From positions 140,988,001 through 141,052,000 of the forward strand of contig NC_042997.1 in assembly GCF_006345805.1 (NCBI RefSeq): DNA of 64,000 nucleotides. The letters are read 5' to 3'. Within the stretch, counting starts at the first letter, position 1. Each line of letters starts with the position of its first letter. Under the pieces are notes generated by a model, which did no database searches, was not told the origin of the DNA, and worked only from the letters and a program-made list of their open reading frames with translations. The translations under genes were made by a program, and so were the position numbers. Source of the DNA: Octopus sinensis (lineage: Eukaryota). Positions 1-13,834 of this stretch are shown here, one piece after another.

Positions 1-19
1 TGTTTGTGTGTGTGCATGA

Positions 20-150
20 AAAGGGGGTTTATATATTTGCAAGTGAGAATAAAAGGGTTTGAAAATACACCTGAGTCTTAAAATTAATTGTTGTTTTAAG
101 GGTTTTTACAAATTTATTAAAATACCATACCGGTTTCAACATTTTACTAT
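20..150 (-). mobile_element. PLE-type terminal-repeat fragment with 3' half of a hammerhead (GAAACCGGTA)
   Basis: Minus strand at 128-137 reads GAA-ACCGGT-A, the same motif as 15948-15957; next to a (TA)n tract. Confidence 0.4.
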
Positions 151-162
151 CTATATATATAT

Positions 163-209
<47 letters not shown>

Positions 210-299
210 TGTATGTATATATCCTCAGCATCACGTCTGGCGCATTTGATCTATTTCTTCCTCGAGTTCTTGTAATTTCAAAAATACACAAGATAATTT

Positions 300-720
300 T
301 ATCAGAGATTTTGTAAATATCTATTTGGTCTATTTCCCATGACTTTATTTTTGTTCCAATTTATTTCTGGATAATTAAAATCTCAAACTAATAAAAAGTT
401 GTCAATATTTTATATTGATGTTTTAGACAGAAGTACTAGTAGTGAATCTAAATCTATCGAATATATCGAAGATTTCTTCGATGTAAGCTATCGAACAAAA
501 TTTTATTTTTTCCTGTGGTTATTTTAACTCATAGTGCTTCTTCAAAGAGATCTACATTGAAAATGTCTGCCACTTCAAAAGTAAATTTGTCTTTAATGTA
601 AACTATTAAGCCTCCTCTTTTAGTATTGCTGTCCCTCCTTATTAACTTGTAATTACTCAGCTTTATTACACTGTCAACAATATTGTCATTCAACCACCTT
701 TCATTGACTGCTGACTGCTA
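300..720 (-). pseudogene. Decayed LINE APE endonuclease fragment (CR1/L2-like)
   Basis: Minus-strand translation ..NERWLNDNIVDSVIKLSNYKLIRRDSNTKRGGLIVYIK.. matches the ETWL..RRDR..GGV..Y endonuclease pattern; stops present. Confidence 0.7.
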
Positions 721-924
721 TTATTACCTGGTTTTAAAACTGAAACGCTGTTTTCAAATTCCACAAAACTTTCCCGTAAGAGACATACTTTGTGAACTTC
801 TTTACAGTTACTTTACTGGTTTTCATTCTGATAATCAATGCCATTCGAAGGCGGCATGTTGGCAGAGTCGTTACAGCTTCAGATAAGATACTCTGCAGAA
901 TTCTTCTGACTTTTTCACTAATAC

Positions 925-1450
925 CAACATATTATCCAGTGGGGATGTTGGCTTACTCTGTCATGGCTTGATTTATACTCTACAGATGCTTACACACCCA
1001 GAGATTACGTGGTTCACTGTTTCAATCCCATCATTGCAGTATCGGGACTTTGGGTCTACTTCATTTTTCATCAGATTGGCTTGATAGTTCCGGGTCAGTA
1101 AGTTCTGACCCTGAGCAACCAAGATGAAGCTGTCGCTCTCTGCCTTTAGCCCTGAGCTCCGTAGCCACCGCTGATGTGTACTTCTGGTCTATATCAGTTT
1201 GTTTGCTACGGGCCACATATTTACAATGCAGAGGGTTTTGTTCCTACCTATCAGCCAATTGTACAAACGCATTTTGATTTGGTATTGATTTCACCTTCTT
1301 TGCAACTATATTTGCCGCACTTACATCATGCTGTTCAATCTGGGTTTTATGTACGAACTCACTAGCAAATTTTTTTGCTCTCCTTCATAACAGAATGAAG
1401 CTTCTTATATCTCTCGTGGGTTTTCAACGAGTTTTAGCATCCAGCTTTTA
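925..1450 (-). pseudogene. R4/Dong-like (RLE) non-LTR retrotransposon fragment, CCHC region
   Basis: Minus-strand translation GLKAESDSFILVAQGQNLLTRNYQANLMKNEVDPKSRYC..ETVNHVISGC..HDRV, typical of the R4-type zinc knuckle. Confidence 0.75.
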
Positions 1451-1531
1451 GATGCTATTATCGTCCTGTTTTGTCCCTTTATGTTTTCTAATCATATTTG
1501 TCAGCCCTTGTGGCCAATAAAAAGAATTAAC

Positions 1532-1581
<50 letters not shown>
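1532..1581. repeat. (ATT)n microsatellite
   Basis: Direct reading. Other (ATT)n tracts at about 2731-2790, 3650-3714, 4226-4297, 4455-4515, 10740-10815, 12294-12352, 34378-34528 and 60106-60158. Confidence 0.95.
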
Positions 1582-1582
<1 letters not shown>

Positions 1583-2180
1583 GGAGTTAAGGAAAAACTT
1601 TGAATACTTGGTCTGCCAGTGGTACCGGAAGATGTTACCGGTGTTGTATAAACTAATTCTACCAAATGTATCAAATGACGGAACTGCTGCCTATGCACTC
1701 ACCCATTCTAGCAGCATTGTTCTGTTATCTCCTGTCGGATGGATCTAAATGTGAGCTGAGTCAATTCCATTTCATCGCAAAGGAAGGGCAGCCGTTTACC
1801 TCCTATAGCGATGGCGAAATAGACAGTGCGGTCGATACGATTGTGAGTTTGATAACGGCGATTTTCATTTCCGGCTAAACGTTCTTCAACTTTTTCAAAT
1901 AACACGTGATGAGGAGAGTAGTGGCGAAGTAGGAAGTGCTTCTCTCTAATAGGTTTTCTAAGAAACTTGTGAGGGTAGCACGTTTGATTTTGTTTGATGG
2001 TTCTACTCTAACATAGCTAACTACTGGATAAAGATATTATCTGCTGTTCAGACGTTTCAGACAAGCGTTAGACGTCCAGGAAGAGGAAGAAGAAGAAAAC
2101 GAAAAAAGAGGAGGAGGGTTGAGAACATAAATAGAAGGGAGAAGAAGGAAGAGAGAAAGAAGAAAGTATTATCATCATTA

Positions 2181-2730
2181 TTGAGAGAAAGCAGCACATG
2201 CCATCAAAGTGACACCGGGGTACAAATATACGAAGCCAAATATACCCATCGTGACTACCCGTCTGATAAGGGTACACCAGGAACATAGGTCACAACCACA
2301 TGTGTGTGACATGGTGATATCATAACAAGATAAACAGCGTATAGCCTTGCAGATGGGGCCCCGGACTTTCTTCAGGATGGGTAACCCATCCAGGTCAAAA
2401 GGTCCCTGAATAAGGGTTGTTTAAATGTATTGAACGAAATGCTCATGTTTCCAGATGTGAATTATTCAAACCCCAAAGAATCCTTCTCAACACATGGTTA
2501 TGATGCTCCCCCACTACTTCTGCTCGTGATCAGAGAAGCACATATCGTCAGCCACAAAGGGATATGCTCAACTGGTTAAGGTCAGGCAACTGACAAGCAA
2601 ATCTGTTGTATAGAGCAGAATATTTGCTGTAGCCCATCTTTTATACCAATGCAATACATGTACATGATACCACTTCCAGCCAGTCAAGGTCAGAAGCTAT
2701 GATAGCCAGTGTCCGGTATTGCTCGAGGGC
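2181..2730. mobile_element. ~520-550 bp non-coding interspersed repeat flanked by (ATT)n, copy 1
   Basis: Colinear with 3715-4224 and 20623-21062 (shared atacccatc.tgactaccc, cacatgg.tatgatg.tccccc, catatcgtcag). Confidence 0.85.
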
Positions 2731-2782
<52 letters not shown>

Positions 2783-2791
2783 GTTATTATT

Positions 2792-3647
2792 CAGTAGTTT
2801 TATTTTTATAGCGTTTTCACTTCACTACCGAACGCAGCTCTGTGTGCCTTAGGTATGTGCTGTGATTTTTTGTGATGCTCTGATGGTTATTGTATGGAAA
2901 GTGTTCTGCGTAGGATGTGTGCAGTGTCTAGTAGTGCAATTTTCTGTATGTTATATGTGTTTGTAAGTCCTGGTGTTTTTGTTATGTATTTGTCTGAATC
3001 CAAGTCTATATTTATGTTATTTTCCTTCCATATTTTATATGTATGTGTTGTTGTGTTTTCATTTTGTGGGTAGAGCACTGCTGTGAAGTATGCGTGTAGG
3101 ATACAAATGTATTCCTCACGTGTCCATTTATGTCTTTTGGGTTTTATTTGCGGGACATGAGGAACAACGTCCGGACCATTATTTTGACGGTCGTCATTTT
3201 CGTAGGGTACCGGTCCGTTCATTTCTGTTGTCACATTGTTTTGCACGTATAGTTTTTCGTACATTTTGTGTTGTAAGTTTAAAGTACGTATTCCCGATTG
3301 TTATTCTTGGGTTGAATAATATCGGTGGTATTTAATTTTTTCGTAGTTTTTTTGTACATGGTGTTTGGGGTCGGGGATGATCTGGTGTTGATGGATCGTA
3401 ATGTTTCACGCATGTTTACATGTGTTGTGTTAGAGGTGGAGATGATATCGAGTTAAAATACATAATTTCGTTTCGAAAATAGTAATAAATTTCAATGAGT
3501 ATTACTTACTCGGATATAGTCCAATCCTTTGTTAGTAACTTTTTGGCTCCATACGATGTCTTTGTTTTCGATGTTTGTGGATAGATTTCGGAGCTCTGTT
3601 TTATCGTTCTTACATCTTAAACGTCCCCCGGTGTTCTCCTGTTCTCT

Positions 3648-3649
<2 letters not shown>
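2792..3649 (-). mobile_element. Internally deleted R4/Dong-like element between (ATT)n tracts
   Basis: ORF 2887-3264 joins an N-terminal KRHKWTREEY..ILHAYF segment to the C-terminal IQKIALLDTAHILRRTLS motif; RT is absent. Confidence 0.7.
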
Positions 3650-3714
<65 letters not shown>

Positions 3715-3715
<1 letters not shown>

Positions 3716-4223
3716 GAGTGAGAGAGCAGTGCATACTATCAAAGCGATACTGGGGTAAAATATACGAAGCCCAGTATACCCATCATGACTACCCATCTGA
3801 TAAGGGCACACCAGGCCCATGCATCACATTACATGCGTACGAAATGGTGATTTCATATCAAGGTAAACAGCGCATGACCTTGCAGGTGGGGCCCAGTTAG
3901 AATTTTCTTCAGGTCGAGTAGTTCATCCCGCTCAAAAGGTCCTTGAATAAGGATTGTTTAAGGATGATGAATGTTTCCAGAGGTGAATTATCCAAATTAT
4001 CCTCTCAACACATGGCTATGATGCTCCCCCACTATTTCTGCCCGTAATCAGAGATGCACATATCGTCAGCCACTGAGGGACATGGCTCAACTGGTTAACG
4101 TCAAAGTGAAATAGGATATCTGCTGTAACCCATCTTTTATACCAAGACAAAACAATGTACATGATAACACTTCCAATCAGTTAAGATCAGCCATGAGAGC
4201 CACTGCTTGGTACTGCATCAGGG

Positions 4224-4224
<1 letters not shown>
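3715..4224. mobile_element. ~510 bp (ATT)n-flanked repeat, copy 2
   Basis: Homologous to 2181-2730; (ATT)n on both sides. Confidence 0.85.
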
Positions 4225-4297
<73 letters not shown>

Positions 4298-4298
<1 letters not shown>

Positions 4299-4452
4299 TA
4301 TGTTTGACTTTTGCTTTACATTTGTACAAGTTGGCTCCAAGTCTCACCCAGAGACCTCAAGAGACAACAAGCTGGAAATTCATGTTGGTGTTATGCCTAG
4401 GGTGCCATATATTTGGTTTTGTACTTAGTGTTGTACTAGTGAATGTTTAAGA

Positions 4453-4455
<3 letters not shown>
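4298..4455 (-). mobile_element. Probable 3' end of an R4/Dong-like LINE
   Basis: Minus strand ..gaggtctctgggtgagacttgg..caaacatag followed by (AAT)n; embedded in (ATT)n. Confidence 0.45.
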
Positions 4456-4518
<63 letters not shown>

Positions 4519-5489
4519 AGTAGTAGTAGTAGTAGTAGTAGTAAGTGGTGTAGTCAATAGTGGTAGTTATAGCAAGTGACGTAGTAATTTTAACGTGACT
4601 AAGGCGACAGAGACAACAACGATGACCACATAGATGAAGACAATGATTGACGACGACGATGATGATGATGGTGGTGGTGGCGGTGGTGGCGGTGGTGGTA
4701 TTGGCGGTGTTGCTGGTAATGATGATAGTGATAGTGATGAAGATAATCACTCCAACGAATAGGAATGCTTTTAACATTTCACTATTGATAGCATTGTGTG
4801 ATGTTGCATGATATGGAGTGGAGTGTGTGTGTGCGCGTATGTGCGTGTGTATGATGAACCACTTAAAGTAAAAGCTGAAAGTACCAGTAGATATCTGTAA
4901 TAGAATATCATTATTTTCTGCAATAATTTCAGTTTCAAAACTACATCATGTAAATATGTGATAAAAAAATATTCTAATCTTGGTAGCTCAAGAGAATTTC
5001 GTTTTAGAAACCCCAGAATTCTATATTCTGGCTTTTAAATCTTCCAAAACACTTTCTGGGTATTATTTATTGCCCAGCAATAAATGGCCACTAATATAGT
5101 CAAGCACACACACATACCTATACACATATATAGTCACAATATTGTAATTATTACACAGCATGTATATATGTATGCATGTGTGTGTGTGTGTGTGTACCCA
5201 TGAGTGGTGTCATATACTTTTGCATATGCTTCTAAAATATATATATAAATAAGCGTATTGTATAGTTGTATACATGAATGCATATATATATATGTAAATA
5301 TATATATATATATGTATATAAATAAATATATATAGACATATATTATATATATACACACATATTTATATACATATATACACTTACACACATACACACACTC
5401 ACAAACTTACAAACGTATCTATGCGTACGTGTGTATACAGACAAAATTTTGGCGTACATATTTGCAGAAGGATATCAAGGTGTGTATTA

Positions 5490-5590
5490 TTACATACATA
5501 CATAATACATACATGCATACATACATACATACATACATACATACATACATACATACATACATACATACATACATACATACATACATACAT
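5490..5590. repeat. (CATA)n/(TATG)n microsatellite
   Basis: Direct reading. Similar tracts near 15250, 26185, 28440, 28840, 29060-29340, 29610, 32140, 32420, 38560, 44060, 50235-50465, 52060-52235 and 52908. Confidence 0.95.
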
Positions 5591-6124
5591 TTATGTGTGC
5601 ATATGCATACTTGAGTGTGTGTTGCTATATGACAATACTGAGATACGATCATTTGTGTTTGCTTAAATGAGCACATAATGTCAATATACATACATGCATA
5701 TATATATGCCTGCTCGTATGTATGTATCATTGTATGTATGTATGCATCAATGTATGCATGTATGTATATATGTATGTATGTTTGTGTGCGTGCATGAGAG
5801 TTTGTGTATGTGCGTGCGCACGCGCGTGTTCACTTTATTATCTACTGCTGTAAATATGTACAGCTATGGAAATGTAGACAAATATGGCTGTGGTGGTGGC
5901 GCTCAACATTCACGGTTTTGTTTTCTTTTGTTTATTTCATGAAAATAATGATAATAATAAAAAGTCTGCATAATCAAAATCTATTGATTGAATAGTTTAG
6001 TGGCAAGTGGTGATAAATATAGAATTTTACTTGTATTGCATGCTAAAAATGTGCGACACTCTGTTATAAATAATATTTCATATTGGAAGACTACCGAAAA
6101 GTTTTAGTGAAATGTATGTATGTA

Positions 6125-6264
<140 letters not shown>

Positions 6265-6539
6265 GTATGCATTGTAGTATTTTGGGATGGTAATGTGTTT
6301 CGCTTTTGTCAAATAAACACACGCACAATATACTTCTTCTTCACTTCAGCTTTATTACTATTCATATCTCAGTGTCCTTTGCCTTGAATCTTTCATCAAA
6401 CATCCGGTGACCTCTTCAACAACTCTCCGTTTTACGCGTGTCCTCCTTGTCTTGTTTTCACATACATTAGTTATAAATGCAAAAATGTATTTATAATCGT
6501 CATCATCATTATACTTATTTTCATGCTCATTATCGCGTC

Positions 6540-6855
6540 GTCCACAGACGAATCCTATCAACCACTTGTGTCCCAGATCCCCTCTCCTGCATTGTTCTGG
6601 GTGGGTCGTACTACTACGGTAGATCAGATTCTTCAAACAGTTGGTCAATAAATGTCCTGGCAGGACCACCCACTAGGTTGCTGTCCGTGCGTTGGTTCCC
6701 ACATCAGGATTTGACTAACAGTTCCTTTTCCATTGTGGTGGAGGTAACAGTTAGAAATTATCACAGAGAACCTGGTTTGTCGTATGGAACAGCCGTTTGC
6801 TACTAAGTGCTGCTCTCTGAAGTTTTGAGTATGCTTCTTGTTTTCTTTGCAATGT
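6540..6855 (-). pseudogene. RTE-clade LINE C-terminal fragment
   Basis: Minus strand VSQILMWEPTHGQQPSG..RTFIDQLFEE..MQER resembles the RTE W.P..G.R..GRP..T..D motif. Confidence 0.6.
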
Positions 6856-6864
6856 TTTATATAT

Positions 6865-7083
6865 ACGATGTTGGTGCTGAAAATTTCCTGGTTTTAAGAG
6901 TATCACGAAAGGACTGGTTGAAAGGCTCAATGTCCCGAGTTCTTTTACAGGGCTTAGAAAATTGAAGGACCACTGTAATAAATGCGTGGAACTGAGAGGA
7001 GAATATGTTAAATAAAATCTTAATTACCTTATCCTCCTGTATTTTCTGTTACCCAAAGCCAGGATCTTTCAGCACTCCCTTGT
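6865..7083. mobile_element. Mariner-type MITE
   Basis: Imperfect TIRs (gtgctgaaaatttcctgg / ccaggatctttcagcac); homologous to 12845-13033. Confidence 0.7.
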
Positions 7084-7094
7084 GTGTGTGCGTA

Positions 7095-7139
<45 letters not shown>

Positions 7140-7190
7140 TATATATATAATATATATATATATTAATATATATATATATATATATATATA

Positions 7191-7650
7191 AATAATATTA
7201 GGGTAATAAGAATTATAAAAATTTTTCATTACCAGTGGCCTAGCGCAAAAGAATTAGTAAAAAGACTATATATTATTCATATAACATATCATGTACATTA
7301 AAAGACATTAAGATGCTTCCATCATAGGAAAGCCTTGCGCTAGAAGGAACAGTCAAAAATCCAAGCCACTAATTAGGGATAAATTCTCGAAGGGAATGAA
7401 AATTAAAAACATTTACCATATTAATTTAGATGGTAAATGTTTTTAATTTTCATTCCCTTCGAGAATTTATCCCTAATTTGTGGTTTGAATTTTTGACTGT
7501 TTCTTCTAGCGCAAGGCTTTCCTATGATGGAAGCCTCTTAATGAGTCTTAATGTACACGATATGTTATATGAATAATATATAGTCTTTTGACTAAATTTT
7601 TTTTGCGCTAGGCCACTGGTAATAAAAAATTTCTATAATTCTTATTATCC

Positions 7651-7660
<10 letters not shown>
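7191..7660. repeat. Long palindrome (~230-bp arms, ~10-nt spacer at 7420-7429) in (TA)n; PLE terminal-repeat type
   Basis: Arms are reverse complements with scattered mismatches; shares blocks with 31741-31950. Confidence 0.9.
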
Positions 7661-7715
<55 letters not shown>

Positions 7716-9059
7716 AATGCTTACAGCTTAGTTTCTTTTCTTGGGGCTGGTCGAGTTGGAGCAAATATCAGAATTGAACAGCCGAAATTTGCTATGATGA
7801 TTCGGTGTCTGACTGAAGATTGAAGGCTTCGAATGATTTGTCTGTGTTCCGTGTTTGTCCCTTCCTGTATTTCACGTTCTTTATGTATAAAACATTTATT
7901 CTTATATATATATATATATATGTATATGTATGTATATGTATATGTATATATGTATATACAGTTATTAATTGAAATCGTTCGCAATACATTCCTGGGGCGG
8001 GCAAACCTGCGATCAATCACATTATACAAAGTGTCCTTTTTTTTAAATTTAAAGTTGTAGGTGTGGTTTGAGGAACAGTTGGCTATTACTCTTAGTAAAG
8101 TATTTGAAAATGTAGGGACTCATTAATATATTTGTTTAGTTCCTTGACAACCACGTTTGAGAAGACGTATGATACAAGAAGTTCAAGTTGTGACCACCCC
8201 GACTTTTGGTTTCAGCCAATGCATATTTATCCATGATCACATTACCTGATGTATTCTTCATCTTTTAACTCAATAGGATACCAGGGAAATACAGCGGCAA
8301 CGTCTAGCACATTCACTCGTTGGATTGTTTTAATATCTTCGTAAGGATGGAAGGAAGATCGGTGATCGAAAGATTTGAGCTAAGACCTAGACGGACAGTA
8401 GTAAATACTACTATGTATTTAGTCAAGCTTTCTACTGTTCCTTCTATCTCACCACACTCGCGAGAGAAAGGGATAGTCAACTAAATCTGCCATAACATGT
8501 AACTGGTGAGTATTGCAAGTGCAGTCATTTTGGCCGTTACCCGCAGTTATCAATCTTATTTTGGCGCGAAACCCAGTGTACCATTTTCCCAAAAGAATAG
8601 AATACATTGCTTCGTTTTAGACAACCCTAACACCCTAATTTTAATATGATATTAAGTCACACATAAATCGTTTTAGAGAGGAAATTTCTTTATACAAAAT
8701 ATGTAGTAATATAGTATTTTGAAAGGCAAATAAAATTTGATTCAAATAAGTCCTTATAAATTTTGTTACCGAACATTTTCTGAAACAGGACACCTGGAAT
8801 TTTTCCCTTTCTTTACGGAACCGTCTTTGAAAAACCTTGATGTATGTATTTCATTCATTGCTAGGCAGTTTCTGTTTACATGCTGCGATGATGATTCCCT
8901 ACTTTGATACAAGGATACAAATATTGTAAAGGACGGACGATAGAGCTGTAACCTGATATTCTATGGCAAGGCGCTTTGTCCCCCAATACGCCTAGTACGT
9001 TGTTTCTAAACTTTCCAGGTATAAAAGTTATTTGTTTTCAGTTATTATACATACGTCAC

Positions 9060-9430
9060 GACGAGGGACTGCCTTGAAGAGGTTTAGTCGAACCAATAGA
9101 CCACAGTTCTTATTTATAAGTCTGGTTGTTATTCTATCGATCTCTTTGCTGAAATGTTAAGTTGCTGGAATGAAAACAGATCAACACCGTTTGTCAAGCA
9201 GTGGTGATAAGGATGTATGCACAAACACAAAGACACACTCACTCATACACACACATATACACAAAATATGCACACATATATGACGTGCTTCCACGCACTT
9301 TCAGTTTACCAAATTCACTCACAGATCATTGGTCGACCCAGGTCTATAGTAGAAGACTTGCTCAAAGTATCATGCTGTGGGACAGAACTCGAAACCACGT
9401 GGTTGCAAAGTGAGCTTCTTAACCTCACAA
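9060..9430 (-). mobile_element. Bipartite SINE with internal CA/TA tract (decayed)
   Basis: Homologous to 29885-30372 and 62107-62510. Confidence 0.7.
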
Positions 9431-10738
9431 CCAGATATTTTAGCTAGCCAGCATTGTATGTTACGACGAACTTAAACGATACCTCTGTAAACACAATATG
9501 TCCGTGTACAGAGAAAAAGGAATAACTGTACATGAGTATTGCAATCTTGCCCGGGATTTTATTATAATTGAACATACTCTTCAGCTATCTACGAATACAC
9601 TGCATATAAATCTAATATTAGAGTTCAAAGCAAACTCCATAGACCAATTTCTGTCTCCTCAAAACAAAATAAAATGATGGTGACTACTATAATATCCTGG
9701 GTTGATTTTAAACTGCACTCAGTAAAGAAGCCCTGGTTCACGAGTTCCGTGAATTTGAGGAGTGTGGAACGACTATCGTTGCCGGGTCTATTCTAACCAA
9801 CTTTCTAGCTATGTATTAATTAGCATATCCCTGAATTGAGTCTGGAAGAAGGTTACTCACAGACATTCAAAGAGACACCAGGTCAAATGAGGCCCTTTAG
9901 CTCTTTGGCTGCTCATAAAAAATGAAGTAATTCTACACAAATCCCGCATCCCAATTACCACTGGGATCTATACAGGTGTTGTACCAGATTAGTACAGGTC
10001 TAAAGAACAAGAAAACGGGACTGACTTTGCATAAACCACTATAATAATATTCCTTGCGCAGGTCGATCTGCAGGTCAAGTCCTAAGACTACATTCACTGA
10101 AATGACGAGAGAATACAGCAACAATTATAAAGTAAATACCAGTTCTCGTTGATTTGATTTGAGGTTGTAAATCGCGGTCGGAAGTGCCTTAGAGAATATA
10201 CTATATCTCGTGGATCCGAGTTCGCAAATAGGAATGGTGGACGCTAGAGTAGATATTTGCTTTTGTGTTCCCAAATCTTTTCGATTCTCAGCGCCTCTAA
10301 TGTTCTTTAGAAAAATATAAAGGACCAAATATAACAAATATACAAATATAACAGAGGAATTGTACCTTTTAGAAATAAACGAATGAGGTTAAAGAAAGAA
10401 TCGCCATGGAGAAAATGTTGGCTACAATTGCGGACAGCCAAATTTGTAACACGGCTTCAATTCAAGACTCAATCTACTAAACCTGTAACTATAACAATTG
10501 AGACCATGCGATAATGAATGCTTGAACAAAACACACACATATAAAGACACACCACACACACACACACTCATTAAATATGTCTAAAAATACAAAGCTTTGT
10601 GTTCAAATGAAAAGAAATATCAAACAAACCTAATATACTCATTATGTCGGACATGAATCTATCGGGCAAATATCCAGAATTAGAATTAGATAATTGACAA
10701 ATAAGCAACGTAATTTAAAATTTTAACTGTAATATTTC

Positions 10739-10818
<80 letters not shown>

Positions 10819-11223
10819 TGATGACGATGATGATGATGATGATGATGATGAAGATAAGGATGAGGATAATGGTGATGATGATAATAATAATAATAATAGC
10901 AACAACAACAACAGTAATAATAATATTAAAAAAGGAAAAATGGTTTCCTCCAATATTTTGAATATTCTCTATTTAGAATATTTGGCAGTTATATTTCACT
11001 AGAGTTTGCGTTTGAGAAAAAGTAATGAATATAAAAAAAAAATGGACAATAAAATGCAGTGAAGTTAAAATAAAATGAAACATGTATACATATACATGCC
11101 GCCTCCCTACACTTTTCAACAGTTATTTGACAGTTATATTTCGACAAAGTTACTAGTTGAGAAGAAGGAAAAAAAAGTAACCATTATATATGCGACGAAC
11201 GAAAACAAAATATTTTGCTAAAA

Positions 11224-11266
<43 letters not shown>

Positions 11267-11696
11267 ATATGTGTGTGAGTGTGTGTCTGTGTGTGTATAC
11301 ATACTTTCATACACACCCATATATACACATACATACTTGCTCCACAAAATAAACAAAGGACTATATATGTATTTGTGCGTGTTTGTGTATATGTGTGCAA
11401 TCACAAATGCATAGATTTGCAAGTGTGACTGGTTGTGCATATGCGTTTATACATACATCTATACATACATACATACATATATTTTCGTACAAATAAGCAT
11501 AAATACACCTATGTACATGGTATACATACACATATGCATATATATATATATATGTATATATATGTATGTATATATAAATATATGTATATATATGTATGTA
11601 TATATATATATATATGTATATATATGTATGTATATATAAATATATGTATATATATGTATGTATATATATATATATGTATATATATGTATATATACA

Positions 11697-11760
<64 letters not shown>

Positions 11761-12141
11761 AATATATATTTCATATGTTCTTTCATAACAGTAAGTGAAC
11801 TATATATCATGGTATCAAAATATTTTCTCCAATAAAATATTTTTGATTTCTCTTAATTTTAGTTTTGGCTTCAAAAATTTATCTAGGAAACGTTTGTCCA
11901 TTTTTATACGTATGTGTAATGCTGTTTGCATCTTTGTGAATATATATGGCTGCGTTGATATGTAAACTTGGAGCAATATGTTTGTATGCTCCTATATAAT
12001 GCATGGTTAATATTTCATGGAAAAGCTGTAAGTTTATACGTTCAAATGCTTTTTTCATGATAAGTTATATAAATACTTTTATTTATTTTTTTATTTCTTT
12101 CTAACGCTGCTTCTGTTTCTATATGCCTTTCCGTCTTTCTC

Positions 12142-12256
<115 letters not shown>

Positions 12257-12292
12257 CAATAAACTATCGTTATATATGCAAATATAATAAAC

Positions 12293-12352
<60 letters not shown>

Positions 12353-12356
12353 CATA

Positions 12357-12560
12357 GTGGCAGTCTAGTAGATTTGTTACCGCTTCGGACAAATTTCTTT
12401 GCTGCATTTCCGGCGGCTTTTTATCTTCTGAGTTCAAGGTCGACTTTGCCAGTCATCCTTTCAAGGAAGATAAAATGAAAACAAATTGAACCCTGGGGTC
12501 GTTGTAATCGACTTAACTCTCCCCTTAAAATTGTTTGCTTTGAACCAATTTAAAAAGACA
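12357..12560 (+). mobile_element. tRNA-derived SINE (gtcgactttgcc.tcatcc family), decayed
   Basis: Shares head and core with 22766-22950 and 46216-46450. Confidence 0.65.
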
Positions 12561-12844
12561 AGTATTTTAGGGTCTTTTATTCTCTTCTGTCGAGCCTTTC
12601 AAGGAACAACCGTGTAAGGTCTTTTATTGCCTTCGTTTTAGTTAAAGAAAAACAATACTTGAATGACTAACACGGAGGAGATGATCATAAGTATTATGCA
12701 CCCTAATTTACTGGAATAAACTTGAAAACCTAGAAACCAATACTGCATACAGCTAGCTGTATAATCTTCCCAACTAAATTATGTCCCTTGGAAAATTTCT
12801 ATCAGTGAAAGAAGACATGCTTCCTCCTGAATTATATATCAGAA

Positions 12845-13033
12845 TACGAGGGGGAGATGAAAAGTTCCTGGCTTTAAGGGTGTCGCAAAAGGTCCGGTTG
12901 GAGGCCCAAACTTCCGAGTTCTTTTACAGGGCTTAGAAAAACTGTGAATGTGAAAGGGTATATGTTGAATAATTAACTGATCCTCCGTATTCTCTTTTAC
13001 GTAAAGCCAAGAACTTTTTAGAACCCCCTCGTA
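12845..13033. mobile_element. Mariner-type MITE with TA ends
   Basis: TA-CGAGGGGG..aaaagttcctggc and gccaagaacttttt..CCCCCTCG-TA terminal inverted repeats. Confidence 0.8.
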
Positions 13034-13179
13034 TGCTATGGTAGCTTTAAAAGTCGGCATTTAAAGTACAAATCTAGCTTAAACTAACATACAAAGGAAA
13101 TTTACAACATTACCAAACTATATCTGGTATTTAAAATGTCACTATATTGACAACTTTAACATAATGTTCTTTAACGCAT

Positions 13180-13450
13180 TTTGCCAACAGGTGCAACTTT
13201 CTGAAAATTACTGTAGCTACACGGCAGCGGCGAATATATTTCATCTTTGCCAAAAACAACATAATTTAAACATTTCATAATGATTTTCTTTAAGTATCAA
13301 CATAAGAACAAACTCTAGCATTCCGGCTTCAGTGGAGACAAAGAACCTGATTAAACACAAACACTCAAACAACAGAATCCCCGCAGTTCATTACAATTTT
13401 GATAAACTGGAGGCCAATAAAATAACAAAACACACCGATATAAACTGTTT
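13180..13450 (+). pseudogene. Possible decayed PLE GIY-YIG remnant
   Basis: Weak resemblance only (CNFSENYCSYT..HLCQKQH ... KLEANKITKH), upstream of the HHR at 13796. Confidence 0.3.
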
Positions 13451-13795
13451 GGGCAAGATATCGCTTTAACCACTCAACCAACCAGAATGCCAACTTTGCA
13501 TTCATGTGTATGTGACTAATATAACACTATCACCTGGAACTATAACTACTCATGAAATTTTTACAATCAAATTTATTGAATTTTTTTTTCGTTCGTTCGT
13601 TCGTTCGTAGGATACTGTGTATGCAGTAACAAAAATAGTAATACTTTTGAAATTGTTTACATGAAACTCTGCTATATGTGTATTTGAATACTGAGCGTTT
13701 CCCTTTCGTTGATATTCATAAATAGCGTCACTATATACCGTCTGCTTCGCTATATGCTGATAATTTCTAAGTCTTGCCAACTGAAGTAAATATAT

Positions 13796-13834
13796 ATCGC
13801 TGATGAGACATAACAAGATCGAAACATGTACGTT
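13796..13834 (+). ncRNA. Minimal type I hammerhead ribozyme motif
   Basis: atcg-CUGAUGA-GA..UC-GAA-ACAUGU-A-cgtt; palindromic stem III and GUA triplet; stems I and II are weak. Confidence 0.6.

Noticed and set aside
4015-4075. CTGACGA..GAAA on the minus strand of the ATT-flanked repeat
   Set aside because: No stem II or III pairing, and GAAA is not conserved in the other two copies.
7805-7845. CTGAAGA..TTCGAATGATTTGTC hammerhead-like string
   Set aside because: GAAA is broken and the stems are poor; possibly a decayed copy but not supportable.
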